The notes under the pieces are model-generated. The model was not told the origin of the DNA. It ran no database searches and saw only the letters and a list, made by a program, of their open reading frames with translations. A DNA stretch of 64,000 nt. Origin: Minutocellus sp. GHC0000111 (Eukaryota). Within the stretch, counting starts at the first letter, position 1, and every line of letters starts with the position of its first letter. Position numbers and translations under genes: made by a program. The stretch is taken from positions 2,108,001 to 2,172,000 of the forward strand of contig OZ361261.1 in the NCBI GenBank assembly GCA_977018835.1, in the 5' to 3' direction. This document shows, one piece after another, positions 48,434 to 59,507 of this stretch.

Positions 48434-49352
48434 CCCAGGAGACTTGCCACGAATCGTAGAGGCATCGATGGTGCCGCTCCGATGGACAAAACAATCAAAG
48501 CATGGGATGGAGCTGCCGGACCGACGGGAGCGGCGACATGCTGGCGCGCATCAGCTGCGGTGGCAGCAGTAGCAACAGCCATTTGCATTAACATGGTGTT
48601 GGATGCAGTATTTTGTGGCAGTAGAGCAACAGTTTGTATGTCGGGTGGGTTGGAAATGAGGAAGGTTTCATTGAGTTGCGGGCGCGCCGGGCGGGTGATG
48701 ATTTCTTTGGCCCGCTCGATTTTGGCGCGGGGTCACCCGGACCGCATGAGACACGCCATTATGGGGACCATGGAGACCGATATCGGAGCTCAAACCATAT
48801 GGCTACTTGAATCAATGCATTTGGGAGGTGGTGGTGGGGTCGGGAGGTGGAGGAGGTGACCGGTTGTCATCGGAAAAACTGGCAGAAGTCGGGAGGGGCG
48901 ATGGATGGGGGGGGGTGAATCGGCCAGACGCTGGCATGGGAAGATGAAATTGATATCTCCGAGTCGGTCCAAGGTCAAGGACCAACAACCCGTTCTGGAG
49001 ACACCACGCTTATCCCTTGCGTGAAGCGGATGCCGTCGGCACTGCCGTCACCGCCATCTTGAAGACAGGACGATAGCAAATCAATGCTGCTTGCTGCGTG
49101 CGTTTGTGCTGATTTTTATGAGATTTTGCCCAAAGACCCGAAAACCGGGTCCCTGAAACTGCTGTCCGCGACCTCGTATGCTTCGGCGACTGGATGGACC
49201 GGTGATGAAGCACACACGCCTTTAATTTAGTTGAGGTCAGTCGAGCGGTCGGCCGGTCATTCGCAGTCCTCATCATCTCATCATTCGCAGGCAGGAGTTG
49301 AGAGGGCGGCGCGAGGAGACAAGGCCCACTGCCAGCTTGCGCAATAAGAAAC

Positions 49353-50999
49353 ATGTTCGACGACCGACTGCCTCCCTTTGAGGCGCACGGCGGTATCCTG
49401 GAGCCCTTCGACGACGGGCACGTCCCCGAGACGTTCCGATGCTCGTCAATACCCACCAGCACAAGCACCAACACTTCCAGCAATGACGACGGCAAAAATT
49501 GCCACGACGAAAACCATCCCCGAATAGTTCGCTATCCTCTCCACCATTCTGATTCTCCATCGGTGAGGGTCTATGATGATGTCCTGCCGATCGCTCTGCT
49601 TGATCAGCTGTATGAGTGCACGGTCCATCCTGCAAATGCCGAGAATGACGACGCCAGCAGCAGCGGCAGTCCGCCCAAGCCATGGGGTACCTACGTGACG
49701 ATAGAGGAGGCGGTGGAATGGCTGGAACAGTTTGGTGCCAAAGGTTGTGATATGGAACATGCGTTCAATATAGAAAAGCTGAAAGCTCAGAATCTCGACG
49801 AACATCGGCACAATCTCGCCGTCGCCGTCATTGCCCTCCTTCTCATCGGTCGAAAGGATGACGAAGCCAGCGCCATCATCCCCTCCGATGCTTCTGACGG
49901 TCCACCACGTTTATTGAAGGACCTCGCCAGTCCATCCACTGCACTGAAATCAGATGCACATGGGGTTGCCGTGTGGGCATTGTCCTCCAACGTGGGGTCA
50001 GAAGTGAAGTATCACATTGATTATGCCGAGCAATATCGCTACGAGCGGAACATTACCGTCCCACCCCTGCTGGCAGGTACTGTGCAGTGTACCAGCTTTG
50101 GAGGAAAGGATGATGGCAGTGGCGGCGATCAAATGGTCGGTGGTGACTTTGCTGTAAATTTGGGTGGGTTGAAGCATTACGAAGCAAATGGCTACAAGGG
50201 GGCAAGGAGTGGAGATGATCGAGGGGGTTGGACTGACACAACAAATGAAGATACGGACAGCACGTGCTCATCGGCACCGCATCACAACCAACACACTAAG
50301 TGGGTCACTGTTCCCTATCGATACAATCGTGCCATATTTCATCATGGACAGCTACCGCATCTGTCCGCCCCGATCAAATCCATCTCGTCATCCGGAGAAG
50401 ACGCTGAAAACAATCGGCAGAGGAGCAAATCGCGAGTCATTTTGGGTATGAACGTGTTTGGTCGTGACATTGGACCGGAGGTTAGCAAGGCACCGGAGCA
50501 TTCCGATGCCTTTCGACGGAAAATCAAGATGTACCGTGCCCTGCTGAGTAAGCCGTCTCAAAATGGGGACGGCAAGGAGAGAACATCCACCCATAATACC
50601 AAGCTATCCGTCGAAGCGGTGAAAAAGAACAAGGCGCTCAGCAAACTATTGGTTCTGGCCAAGAGGGAGAAGATCAAAGAGGATTTGCGCAGACGGCAAG
50701 CACAATTGACGGTTGATATTTGGGCAGCATTGGATGCTGCAGAGAAATCGAATAGCTCTTCGCCCCTTACTGTCGGTGAGCTGATGGAAAGACTTGGCAA
50801 CCCAAGCACCGAATTGACCTGGCCCACACCCACGGACGTTCATGTGCACCTACACCATCTTGTTTTGGGAAATGGTGAGCCAGCTGTTCAAAGAAACAAA
50901 GGGGTTGCAGTAACCGAGACGAAAATTGGCAGAGATGGACTTCTATTGCCCTCTACTGAACTTTCAATACAGAACTTCCAAATAAATTTAGCTCCTTAG
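49353..50999 (+). CDS. 2OG-Fe(II) oxygenase-like protein, full length
   Basis: HxD (YHIDY), distal His (NRAIFHHGQLPH) and terminal Arg strand (SRVILGMN). Confidence 0.65.
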   Translation: MFDDRLPPFEAHGGILEPFDDGHVPETFRCSSIPTSTSTNTSSNDDGKNCHDENHPRIVRYPLHHSDSPSVRVYDDVLPIALLDQLYECTVHPANAENDDASSSGSPPKPWGTYVTIEEAVEWLEQFGAKGCDMEHAFNIEKLKAQNLDEHRHNLAVAVIALLLIGRKDDEASAIIPSDASDGPPRLLKDLASPSTALKSDAHGVAVWALSSNVGSEVKYHIDYAEQYRYERNITVPPLLAGTVQCTSFGGKDDGSGGDQMVGGDFAVNLGGLKHYEANGYKGARSGDDRGGWTDTTNEDTDSTCSSAPHHNQHTKWVTVPYRYNRAIFHHGQLPHLSAPIKSISSSGEDAENNRQRSKSRVILGMNVFGRDIGPEVSKAPEHSDAFRRKIKMYRALLSKPSQNGDGKERTSTHNTKLSVEAVKKNKALSKLLVLAKREKIKEDLRRRQAQLTVDIWAALDAAEKSNSSSPLTVGELMERLGNPSTELTWPTPTDVHVHLHHLVLGNGEPAVQRNKGVAVTETKIGRDGLLLPSTELSIQNFQINLAP

Positions 51000-51000
51000 C

Positions 51001-53052
51001 TTATCTCTGTCGAGTATTTCTACTCCACTCTGGCGGTAAATCGCGTACCGTCACGTCGGCATTCGTTCCAACAAGTTTCCGAAACACACCTTTTGGCGTA
51101 TACCTGCGAAGACTTTCTAACTGTTTATCATTCAGTACCCCAATCTCGCAGCACAAACGGAACACCTCTCTTGTTAGTTTTTCATACTTTTCTCCCTTGC
51201 TGGTATTGTCAATGATAACAAAAAGTGGAGCATACTTGTAGGGGTCAATAGGTACATCGGGGTTCTTGCGCAGCTTTTCGAAAGTCATCAGTGCAATTCT
51301 AAGGGCCTCGTCTTTGCGTTTGGGTGAATTACCCATAGCAGCTCTTGCGCACACCTTGAGAACTGTGCCATACGACTGCGTATTTGGTGTAAGACTGGCC
51401 TCGCCTTCTTTCCCTCTCTCTTCCATTTCCAATAGCATCTTGTAGGCTCGAGGGCCTTTGTCTGGGATTCGGCTGACGGCAAGTGCGTTCATCAAGGCAT
51501 TATATGTGATAGTGCTTGGCTTAATGTCGCTGTATCTTGTTCCTTGCATACTTTGCATAAGGTTGAATGTTCTCATTGCATTATCATATGCCTTTGCGTC
51601 TCCACTTCTAGCCCAGGCATCAAGCACGGAACCGAAGCTAATATCAGTGGGAAGGCAATTCTCCCGACCACCTTCGTGTAGTTTCAACATGTGATGCAGT
51701 ATCGCCTCGGCTCTTTGAGCCGCACCCTTTTCTCCGCTCTTCGCCCATGCGTTCATTACAGCGTTGTAGCTGATGGTATCGGGGCGTGCATCAAAATTTC
51801 CTTGTCGGTACAGCTCTTCCATCTTTCTTAGAAGCTCCTCGGCTCTTTTTGACGCTCCCGGATCTCTACTCCTTGCAAACGAAGTAATGACTGCGTTGTA
51901 GCTGTCTGCATTAGGAAGAGTATTTTTGTATCCTTGTTTGTGCAGCTCTTCCATCTTCCCGAGAAGCGCCTCAGCTCTCGTTGTGGCATCTTTGTCGTTG
52001 CTTCTGGCCCATGCATCAATGGCAGTAGTAAAGCAAGTGGTATCTGGGAGACATTCCTTTCGACCACCTTCGTGTAGTTTCAGCATATGATTAAGAATTG
52101 CCTCCGCTCTCTGAGCAGCACCATTTTCTCGACTTTTTGCCCATGCGTTGATAACGGAATTGTAGCAGATGAAATCGGGGCGGACAACTTCGTGACCTTT
52201 TTTGCTCAGTTGCTCCATGTGCTGCAATATTGCTTCTGCCCTTTTCGGCGCGTCTCTCCTCCCGCTTCTGGCCCATGCGTCGATAACTGCGTTGTAAAGG
52301 AATCTGTCTGGTTTCACCTTTTCGTTTCCAGATCTCCAAAGCTTTTCTAATCTCAGCAGCACGGCCTCCGCGCTTTCAGGATCCCCAACTTTGGCGTATG
52401 CGTCAACTACCATCGAGTAAGCCTTTCCACTGGGCAATAAAGTAGGGTCTTTGGCGCATGCTTGTTCGACAAATGCAAGCAAGTCGTCTGCCTTTTTCGC
52501 GAATGACGCATCTGGCCTTCGTGCCCATCCACCCCTTGTTTGCTCTGCGGCCTTTTCACTAAGGACCCGGTATGAATTGAGAGCGCCCCCCAAGAAGCGA
52601 CTTTCCTTCACGATATCAGCTTTGGCTTCCAACCTCCTCTTGACATAGTCACGGACCATCCGATCGGCGCGGTCGGCATCCTTGGCATTGTGATGAGTGA
52701 CGAAGGGATCGAACCCGTCGTCTCCAAAAAGGCTGGCGTGGGTAGTCGAGGAGAGGAGCCTCGCTGAGCACCTCAAAGTCAGTGTATCCGTGCCAGAATC
52801 CAACCGATCATTGGTAAGACTCGGACCGATTGGCCATCTGATAGATCTTGAGAGGGCCACGGATGAATAAAACGAAACCGCCGACGTCGTCATGGGACCA
52901 GTAATAATAATAAGAGGAGCAGCTAGCCGTCCTCCGTCGCGTCCACGCGTACGCTTGCTGTGCTGGCACGAAAAAATTGGGACCGCTGAGCATGAGCTCG
53001 GCACTCTGGCACGGGCTAATAGCCGAGGCGTCATAGACTTGGCGGCCTGCAT
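51001..53052 (-). CDS. Pentatricopeptide-repeat (PPR) protein, likely organelle-targeted
   Basis: Repeated PD..YNAVI.AWA.S....A..RAEAIL..M units and an R/S-rich leader. Confidence 0.9.
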   Translation of the reverse strand: MQAAKSMTPRLLARARVPSSCSAVPIFSCQHSKRTRGRDGGRLAAPLIIITGPMTTSAVSFYSSVALSRSIRWPIGPSLTNDRLDSGTDTLTLRCSARLLSSTTHASLFGDDGFDPFVTHHNAKDADRADRMVRDYVKRRLEAKADIVKESRFLGGALNSYRVLSEKAAEQTRGGWARRPDASFAKKADDLLAFVEQACAKDPTLLPSGKAYSMVVDAYAKVGDPESAEAVLLRLEKLWRSGNEKVKPDRFLYNAVIDAWARSGRRDAPKRAEAILQHMEQLSKKGHEVVRPDFICYNSVINAWAKSRENGAAQRAEAILNHMLKLHEGGRKECLPDTTCFTTAIDAWARSNDKDATTRAEALLGKMEELHKQGYKNTLPNADSYNAVITSFARSRDPGASKRAEELLRKMEELYRQGNFDARPDTISYNAVMNAWAKSGEKGAAQRAEAILHHMLKLHEGGRENCLPTDISFGSVLDAWARSGDAKAYDNAMRTFNLMQSMQGTRYSDIKPSTITYNALMNALAVSRIPDKGPRAYKMLLEMEERGKEGEASLTPNTQSYGTVLKVCARAAMGNSPKRKDEALRIALMTFEKLRKNPDVPIDPYKYAPLFVIIDNTSKGEKYEKLTREVFRLCCEIGVLNDKQLESLRRYTPKGVFRKLVGTNADVTVRDLPPEWSRNTRQR

Positions 53053-53730
53053 GGTGCTGTATTATTGACCCTCACCCACAGTCCTTGGGCGTGACTCTCG
53101 GCTCTCTGCATCAGCATGGACGCCGCGGTCGCCGGTAGCGGTCCTCGCGAGGGCCGGTTCCGGCGCAAAGCAGCAAAGGGCGAAGCGAAGGACAGACTCT
53201 ATTCAAGCACTGGATTTTTCTGTTTTAGTGCCTTTTTGCGTTCGAGCCATTTCAGTCAAAACCGGAGAGGCGGCGGCAAGTGCAAGGGTACTGCAAGCAG
53301 CCTCCTTCCTCCAAGCCATTTCGGCATTTTCACGTTCCCACCACGGCAATAGACCACCCCTCGGTGCCTTTCACCGGTGTGTTGGTTCCATTTGATTGCC
53401 AATCTCTTTCGTTGAGTTCCACGAGGTCCCATCGGCACCCTCGGCCTCCCGTCGTCGAATTTATTCGTGTCCGGATAATTTTTATCATCCCCGGTCTTTC
53501 TCAGGATCCAGGCGCTTGCGCAAGAGTCGAGAGTCGAAATCAGTCAGTGAGAGCTTGCACTTTGCGAGATCGTCTGCATATCCTAGCAGTGCTTTCGTCG
53601 GGTACCGAAACTGAGCACATCTTGTGCCACAATAGGTCTTGGCTCAACCGCATTGCGATTGCATAAGCCCAGGGAACACGTACGCGTCCGCATTGCATAT
53701 TTAATTATTACCCCACAAACATTGCAAACC

Positions 53731-55421
53731 ATGGCATCCCAGCAGCAGCTCAAGAAGCGCCTCAAGGTGCTGATGGCCAAGCCGGAGAACATGGTCTGCT
53801 CCGACTGTCCCGAGCGGCAGCCTCGGTGGGCCTCCCTTATTGTTCCGCCGCCCGGCAGCCCCCCCGGCGCCCTGCCCATGGGTGCCTTCATGTGCCTGGA
53901 ATGCTCCGGCAGTCACCGTCGGCTCGGTGTGCACATTAGCTTTGTGAGGAGTGTCAATTTGGACAGCTGTAAGTTGCGCTCTCGTGGGACATGATTGTTT
54001 CAAAAAGTGTTTTCATCTTGCGTATCTTTATCTCACATATTATGTGCTGCAATTTCATATATCGATCAATGAACCCAACAGGGAAGGAAAAGGAGGTCCT
54101 GGCCATGGAGAACGGCGGCAACAAGAAGGTGAATGCCATCTTCGAGGCCCATCTGCGCGTGCCCAAGCCGGAGGTACACGCCTCGGGACCGGAGCGGGAG
54201 CGGTTCATCCGCGACAAGTACGAGTGGCGCAAGTTCTTCGATGCCAACGTCCTGCAGCAGTTCTATTCGGGACAGCTGGCGGCCGGGCAGGAGAGCTCGA
54301 GCGAGGAGGAGAGCTCCAGTGAGGAGGAGGCCGCTGCCGCACCCAAGCGCCGCAGCAAGAAGAAGGTGGTGGCACCCATTCGCGCCCCGTCGGAGGCTGC
54401 GCAGAAGCGCATCGATGCCCGGAAGAAGCGGCTCGGACAGATGGCGGGCACGCCCAAGGCGGCTCCTCCGGCGGCTGCCCCGCCTCCGCCAGCTGCTGCC
54501 GAGGTCGATCTGCTGGGCTTTGATGCCCCCGCGCCGGTGGCAGCGCCCGCTCCTGCCCCGGCGGCAGCAGCTCCACCTCCGCCGGCCGATGCCTCCCCGC
54601 AGCTCGATCTGTTCGCCAACATGACCCTCTCGGCGAATGGTACGCCCCAGCCCAAGGCCGCTGCTCCCGAAGCTCCCACGAAGAAGAGCAACGACGACAT
54701 CCTGGCTATGTTCAACACTGGCGCGCAGCAGCCTGCTACCAACCAGCAGGTTCCGCAGCAGCAGCCTAATACGCAGAACTTTGATGCCTTTGCGGCCTTT
54801 GGTAATGTCGGTGGCGGTGGCGGCGGCGGTGGTGCTATGATGGCCGGAAACGGCAGTGCCAACGCCATGGGCATGACGATGCCCGCCGGTGGGCAGCAGG
54901 GTGGCGTCAATATGGCCATGATGCAGCAAAACAACAACATGATGATGAAGAAGAACAACGCCCAGGCCGGTACCAACACGATGATGATGCAGCAGACCAA
55001 TCCCGGTGGGAACAACATGACCATGATGATGCAGCAGCAGCAGCCGCAGATGCAAATGCAGCAGCAAAGGCCGGGAGTAATGCTGCCCAACGGCATGATG
55101 CAGCAAGGCGGCAGCGGTGGTGCTGGCAATGCGAATCAAATGATGAACCCAATGATGATGAATCAGGGTCAGAAAATGGCCGTGAACAGTCAGGGTTTCC
55201 CCGTTCAAATGGGTGGAGGTATGAACATGAACAACATGAACCAGAACCAACAGCAGCAGTTCAACCAGATGGGCGGCATGGGTGGAATGGGTGGCATGGG
55301 CCAGCAGCAGGCTCCTATGGGAGGTGCACCAATGGGTGGCGCCCCCATGGGCGGTGGTCCGATGGGTGGTAACAGCGGCGGGTCAAATGATCAGTTTGCT
55401 AGATTTACCCCATGGCGTTAA
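53731..55421 (+). CDS. ArfGAP (SMAP/AGD5-like) with M/Q/G-rich tail; intron 53969-54081
   Basis: CSDC...[46 protein letters not shown], and the clathrin-box-like DLLGFD. Confidence 0.92.
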
Positions 55422-55557
55422 GTACTACGAGACTAAAACTTAATAATTGCGTAGGTACACTTACTTAAAACTCCTTATACTATTGCTAATAGCAGCCGCA
55501 CACAAGCTATGTGATAAAATGTTGTATCAAATTTTGGTACCATCGAAGTTAACAACA

Positions 55558-58109
55558 CTAAACGGTCGTCCCCTTACATGTATGATTCTTGCGAGCACGA
55601 GTCGACTTCTTGATACCTTTCGACACCGAAGCAGAAAATTTACTGGATGCCCCGCTTGTTGACGAGACAGCATCGCTAGCGCTTTCGAACCGCACTCTAC
55701 CTTTTTTGTTCTTGCTCGATTTTTCGGCAGTTCTATTCTTCCGTTCCACAGCCAAAGCTCTCGTCATTGCCTCCATCCTAGCGGCCCTCTCCTTGTCTTT
55801 CTGCGCCCTAGTTACATATTTCGAGGCAAGGACGCCGATGCCACCATCACCATCACAAATGTTTCCTGCGACGGTATCGATTGCGCCTGTAGAATTGTTG
55901 ATGTTGTAGGTTCGAGAGGCATTTTTGTTCACAATTGTGGACAAAAGAGCAAGCTCCGAAACGGCTGTCAAGGCGGATGTTCCTGTGGCAGCGGTATAAG
56001 CGGTAAGATACACGGTCTCTTCCTCGTTCATTTGTTGCAACGCCCTTTCACATCCACTGCGCCACGCCCTCGCCAATTCTTCTGGACTAGTCTGAGCAGG
56101 TTTGACTGGACCATTTTCCTGCTTTGAGCCTGTTTGAACATGTGACGCCATACCTTCCATGGCCTGCCCGAGCTTGTTTTGCAAATGGAGAGTTCCCACG
56201 GCTTTCTGCAACTTTTGCAGCCTATCGACTCCTTGCTCCGCATACCTGCCAAATTCAGGCATGCTCAAATTGAGTCCAGGCCCTTTCTCGGTTAGGGTAA
56301 AATCACTATTGTCACTATCGGAGTCAGATGACTCCCCACCGAACGAATCTGCTCCCAGGTTATGATTGACTCCGGAGCATAAAATTTGGTGCCTTTGCGG
56401 TCTTTGGTGACGGAGGAATACTTGCCATTGACAAGGGCCTTTAGCTTCGAGGGCGCATTCCGATCAAGACCTCGATCAGCCTTTGCATTGGTAGGACTCC
56501 CGAGCAGCCCAGAATCATCATCTTCTTCATCGTCATCGTCATCGTCCTCGCCGTCAGGTATAACGCTATCAAAGATAAAAACTAGGTGCTCAACAACGGT
56601 ATCGAGAATAGCAACGATGTCAGCAGCTTCAATGGATGAGACAATGTCTTCGGCTAAATCGTCAGCTAAGCGCACAGGCCCGGTGCCTTTGAGAAGGGGG
56701 ATGATGCCGTTGGTGGCGTTGAGATCTTGCCCTTCCATACTGAGATAGCTTCCGTCAGAAGAAAACATACCGTCGAAGTATTCGTCGTCGATACTCGGCA
56801 GGTTATCATCAGGAGAAATCACTCGGGATGCTAGGGTTCTTGGCTTTTGCACCCGGTCCTCGATCGGTGCTTCTTGCGATTCGTCAAGTCTCTCTTCTGG
56901 AGCTTCGTCTGGGTTCTGTAAGGGTGATGCTGATTCCAAGAGCGCATCTGGATTGATTGGTTCAATAAAAGGTATGCCATCGAGGTTTTCAGCTGGTTTG
57001 TCCGTACGTGTAGGTTTATAACTCAATGAAGAAAACTTGTCAAACTGAGCCATAGAGCAAATCGAAAGGTTGGCAACACCGGAATTAATCTGTTCGAAAA
57101 TGGCTAAGATCCCAGCAAGAAAGCTCAACTTTTCCGTATTATTGGGCAAAGTCATATCGGTTGTTGCCCTCACTTCAAGTGTGTCATAGAGAGATTTCCC
57201 CTTTAAGGGCTTCTTTGGATTACGTTTCTCACTTGATGGCACGATGGGAACGTTGGCGGCATAGTCCGTGTTCTTGATGACCACCTCTATTTCCGGAATC
57301 AGTTCCTTCTCATCATTTTCGAGGTGGGCTAGAATATCTCCTGGATGAAGGACTTTGCATGCCTCCATAGCCCGTGGGGACACATTAACGACGCAGACGA
57401 CGCCATCAGCATTGTCCTTAACGATCAGCCCAAGAGGGCCGGGCTTGTCGATTGTGATGGGAATAACGACATCTCGATTCAAGGCTTTGATTGATCGAAG
57501 GGCGACAAATTGGAACGGCCTTTCACCTGTTGCACATATCGCCTCAAATTGCGTCTCAATATAGGGTGCATACTGAGACACATTGCGATTCTCGTCATTA
57601 GTTGTACCAGTATCAATCTCGTCGATTTTCATTGGCCTGGGCGTCTTCCTAGTTGTTGAAGTGGCGAAGTTGTAAGCAGCATCGGCTGACCGGTCGTCGA
57701 CCTCTCCACATTTAGGGTAGTCAGCGCATTCGGTAGAACACCATTCTCGGTTTTCAACGCCACACAGAAACGAGTTCGCTTGAAAGTATTTCTCGATGTC
57801 ATAACCAGATGCATAAGCACTTTGAATGCAGTGGTGATCGTCGCGTTGGGCGACTGCGTCAACGTCTTCAACCGTATCTGATGGGACGCGCATTTCCACA
57901 ACGGCAACTGCACCGACGGACGAGTCATCATCGCTGTCCTCGGTGCCGTTGGCATAAAAGCTTGAATTGTCATTATGGTCATCGGATTCTTTGCCCGGGA
58001 GTGAGGCAGATTTTGGTTGCAGATGTAGATGCGCGTGGGAGGACTTGCACGATGGATCTGTCGCACGGGTGCTTTCCACCGCAGCTAGGGCAGAGCTTGA
58101 CATCTTCAT
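55558..58109 (-). pseudogene. Large low-complexity protein with PDZ-like segment; apparent frameshift at ~56370
   Basis: ITIDKPGPLGLIV..VCVVNV..LHPGDIL is PDZ-like. The frame of ORF 55558..56268 stays open upstream and overlaps the end of ORF 56292..58109. Confidence 0.45.
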
Positions 58110-58585
58110 GATTGCTTACAGGGCGTTCGACTTCGTAGGACCTTCCTTTGCGTTACTTGAATAAGTAGCTGCTCCGAGGAAAGATGAGGTTGTTGATTCC
58201 ACTTCTTTCCCATTTGCCTCTCCTTCCTCGTCATGGTGCATGCGTTTGAGTTCGATTGTTACAAAAAGATTTGAAGTGCGCTCGACATTCATGGAATTGG
58301 GTGGCCCTCATTTTTAATATTTGGAAAGTGCAAAGGGAGACTGTGATCAATTGCTGACAAATAGATTACTGGCGGCAACGTGCCATGGTGCTAACTGCCT
58401 TGCAGTATCGTCTCTCATGGCCAAGTGCTCTACTAGCTACGTAGTGGGCTAGTGGGGGAAGCAAAGATCTTGCTGCTGGAGAACTTGTGCTGCTTCGTTG
58501 TCGGTGACTCGACTCACTCGACCCGGAAACTGCCTCATAACCTGATCTCGGAGAGCCGAGCATTTCTCGCCGAGCGTCTTCCACC

Positions 58586-59407
58586 ATGGCGTCCGAAAGC
58601 AAGAAGTCCTCTGGCAGCGCAAGTTCCGACGAATCTGGCTCCCCCATACCAGCGGCTACTCCCAAAACCATCCGATGGAGCGAATGCCTTGAGCTCGGCT
58701 ACATCACCGACGATAAGACGTCATCAGCAAGCACTTCTGCTACTACAAACGATGAGGAATCATCGAACTGCTGCTTCAAGTGCGGCAAAGCCGGTGCCAC
58801 GGCCAAGTGTGCAAAATGCTCCACCGTCTCATACTGCTCACGAGATTGTCAGCTCGCAGATTGGAAGAAAGGCAGCGGCGGCGGGCACAAGTATTGCTGC
58901 GCCGCCTACAAACGCGTCGGACCGGCCATGACCCTGTCCGCCGAGGAGGACAAACGTACCGCTCGGGAGGACGTTCTGACTCGCATCCGATTCTACGCCT
59001 GTTCGTATGCGGTGCACAAGTCGCACAATCTTGGCAAAGGATTTTTGTTTGTCCAGTCTCCCTCGACCTTGGCGGAACTGTCCCTTCCGATACCAAAGCT
59101 CCCCAATGGCACCATGATGACGGGCACACGGGCGGTTCTGTTGCATTATCTCACCATGGGTGAATTCGACCAGGAAGTATGCCGTGATGATTTCGAGATG
59201 ACCAGTGTGCGGACCGCTCTGACCAAGGTGGTGGAAGAGTACGATGATAAGGAGGAAATGGCCGTATTGATGAGGTTTCGCTGTGGCCATGTCGCTGTTG
59301 GAGTGGCGCCGCTGGTTCCGGATTACCGTGTCTGTAAGAGCTTGGGAAAAGAATACTTTGGCGAAGGGATGGAGGGAGCCCTGCAGCTGAATTTGGATGA
59401 CGTATAA
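58586..59407 (+). CDS. MYND zinc-finger protein
   Basis: CFKC..KCAKCSTVSYCSRDCQLADW..HKYCC. Confidence 0.85.
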   Translation: MASESKKSSGSASSDESGSPIPAATPKTIRWSECLELGYITDDKTSSASTSATTNDEESSNCCFKCGKAGATAKCAKCSTVSYCSRDCQLADWKKGSGGGHKYCCAAYKRVGPAMTLSAEEDKRTAREDVLTRIRFYACSYAVHKSHNLGKGFLFVQSPSTLAELSLPIPKLPNGTMMTGTRAVLLHYLTMGEFDQEVCRDDFEMTSVRTALTKVVEEYDDKEEMAVLMRFRCGHVAVGVAPLVPDYRVCKSLGKEYFGEGMEGALQLNLDDV

Positions 59408-59507
59408 AGTATCGATGGGGACAAAAATGCAAAATGACCTCGTGCTGCAAGTATTTGTCCAAAGGCCAAAGGAAGTACGGGTTGAAGTAAGATTATTTTC
59501 CATTAGT

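Larger units (their letters stand above)
45520..49176. mobile_element. Copy 2 of the TA-flanked two-ORF Tc1/mariner-like transposon
   Basis: TA at 45518-45519 and 49177-49178; same TIRs as copy 1. Confidence 0.92.
31197..50427. repeat. Direct tandem duplication, unit 9,615 bp (31197-40812 and 40812-50427)
   Basis: ORFs recur at +9615. The junction reads gaggagc|a|cctgacct at 40812 with 1-bp microhomology. Confidence 0.97.

Noticed and set aside
31197..50427. Idea that the whole 9.6-kb unit is a giant cargo-carrying transposon
   Set aside because: No TIRs or TSD at the unit ends, and the breakpoint cuts a host gene. The TIRs bound only 35905-39561.
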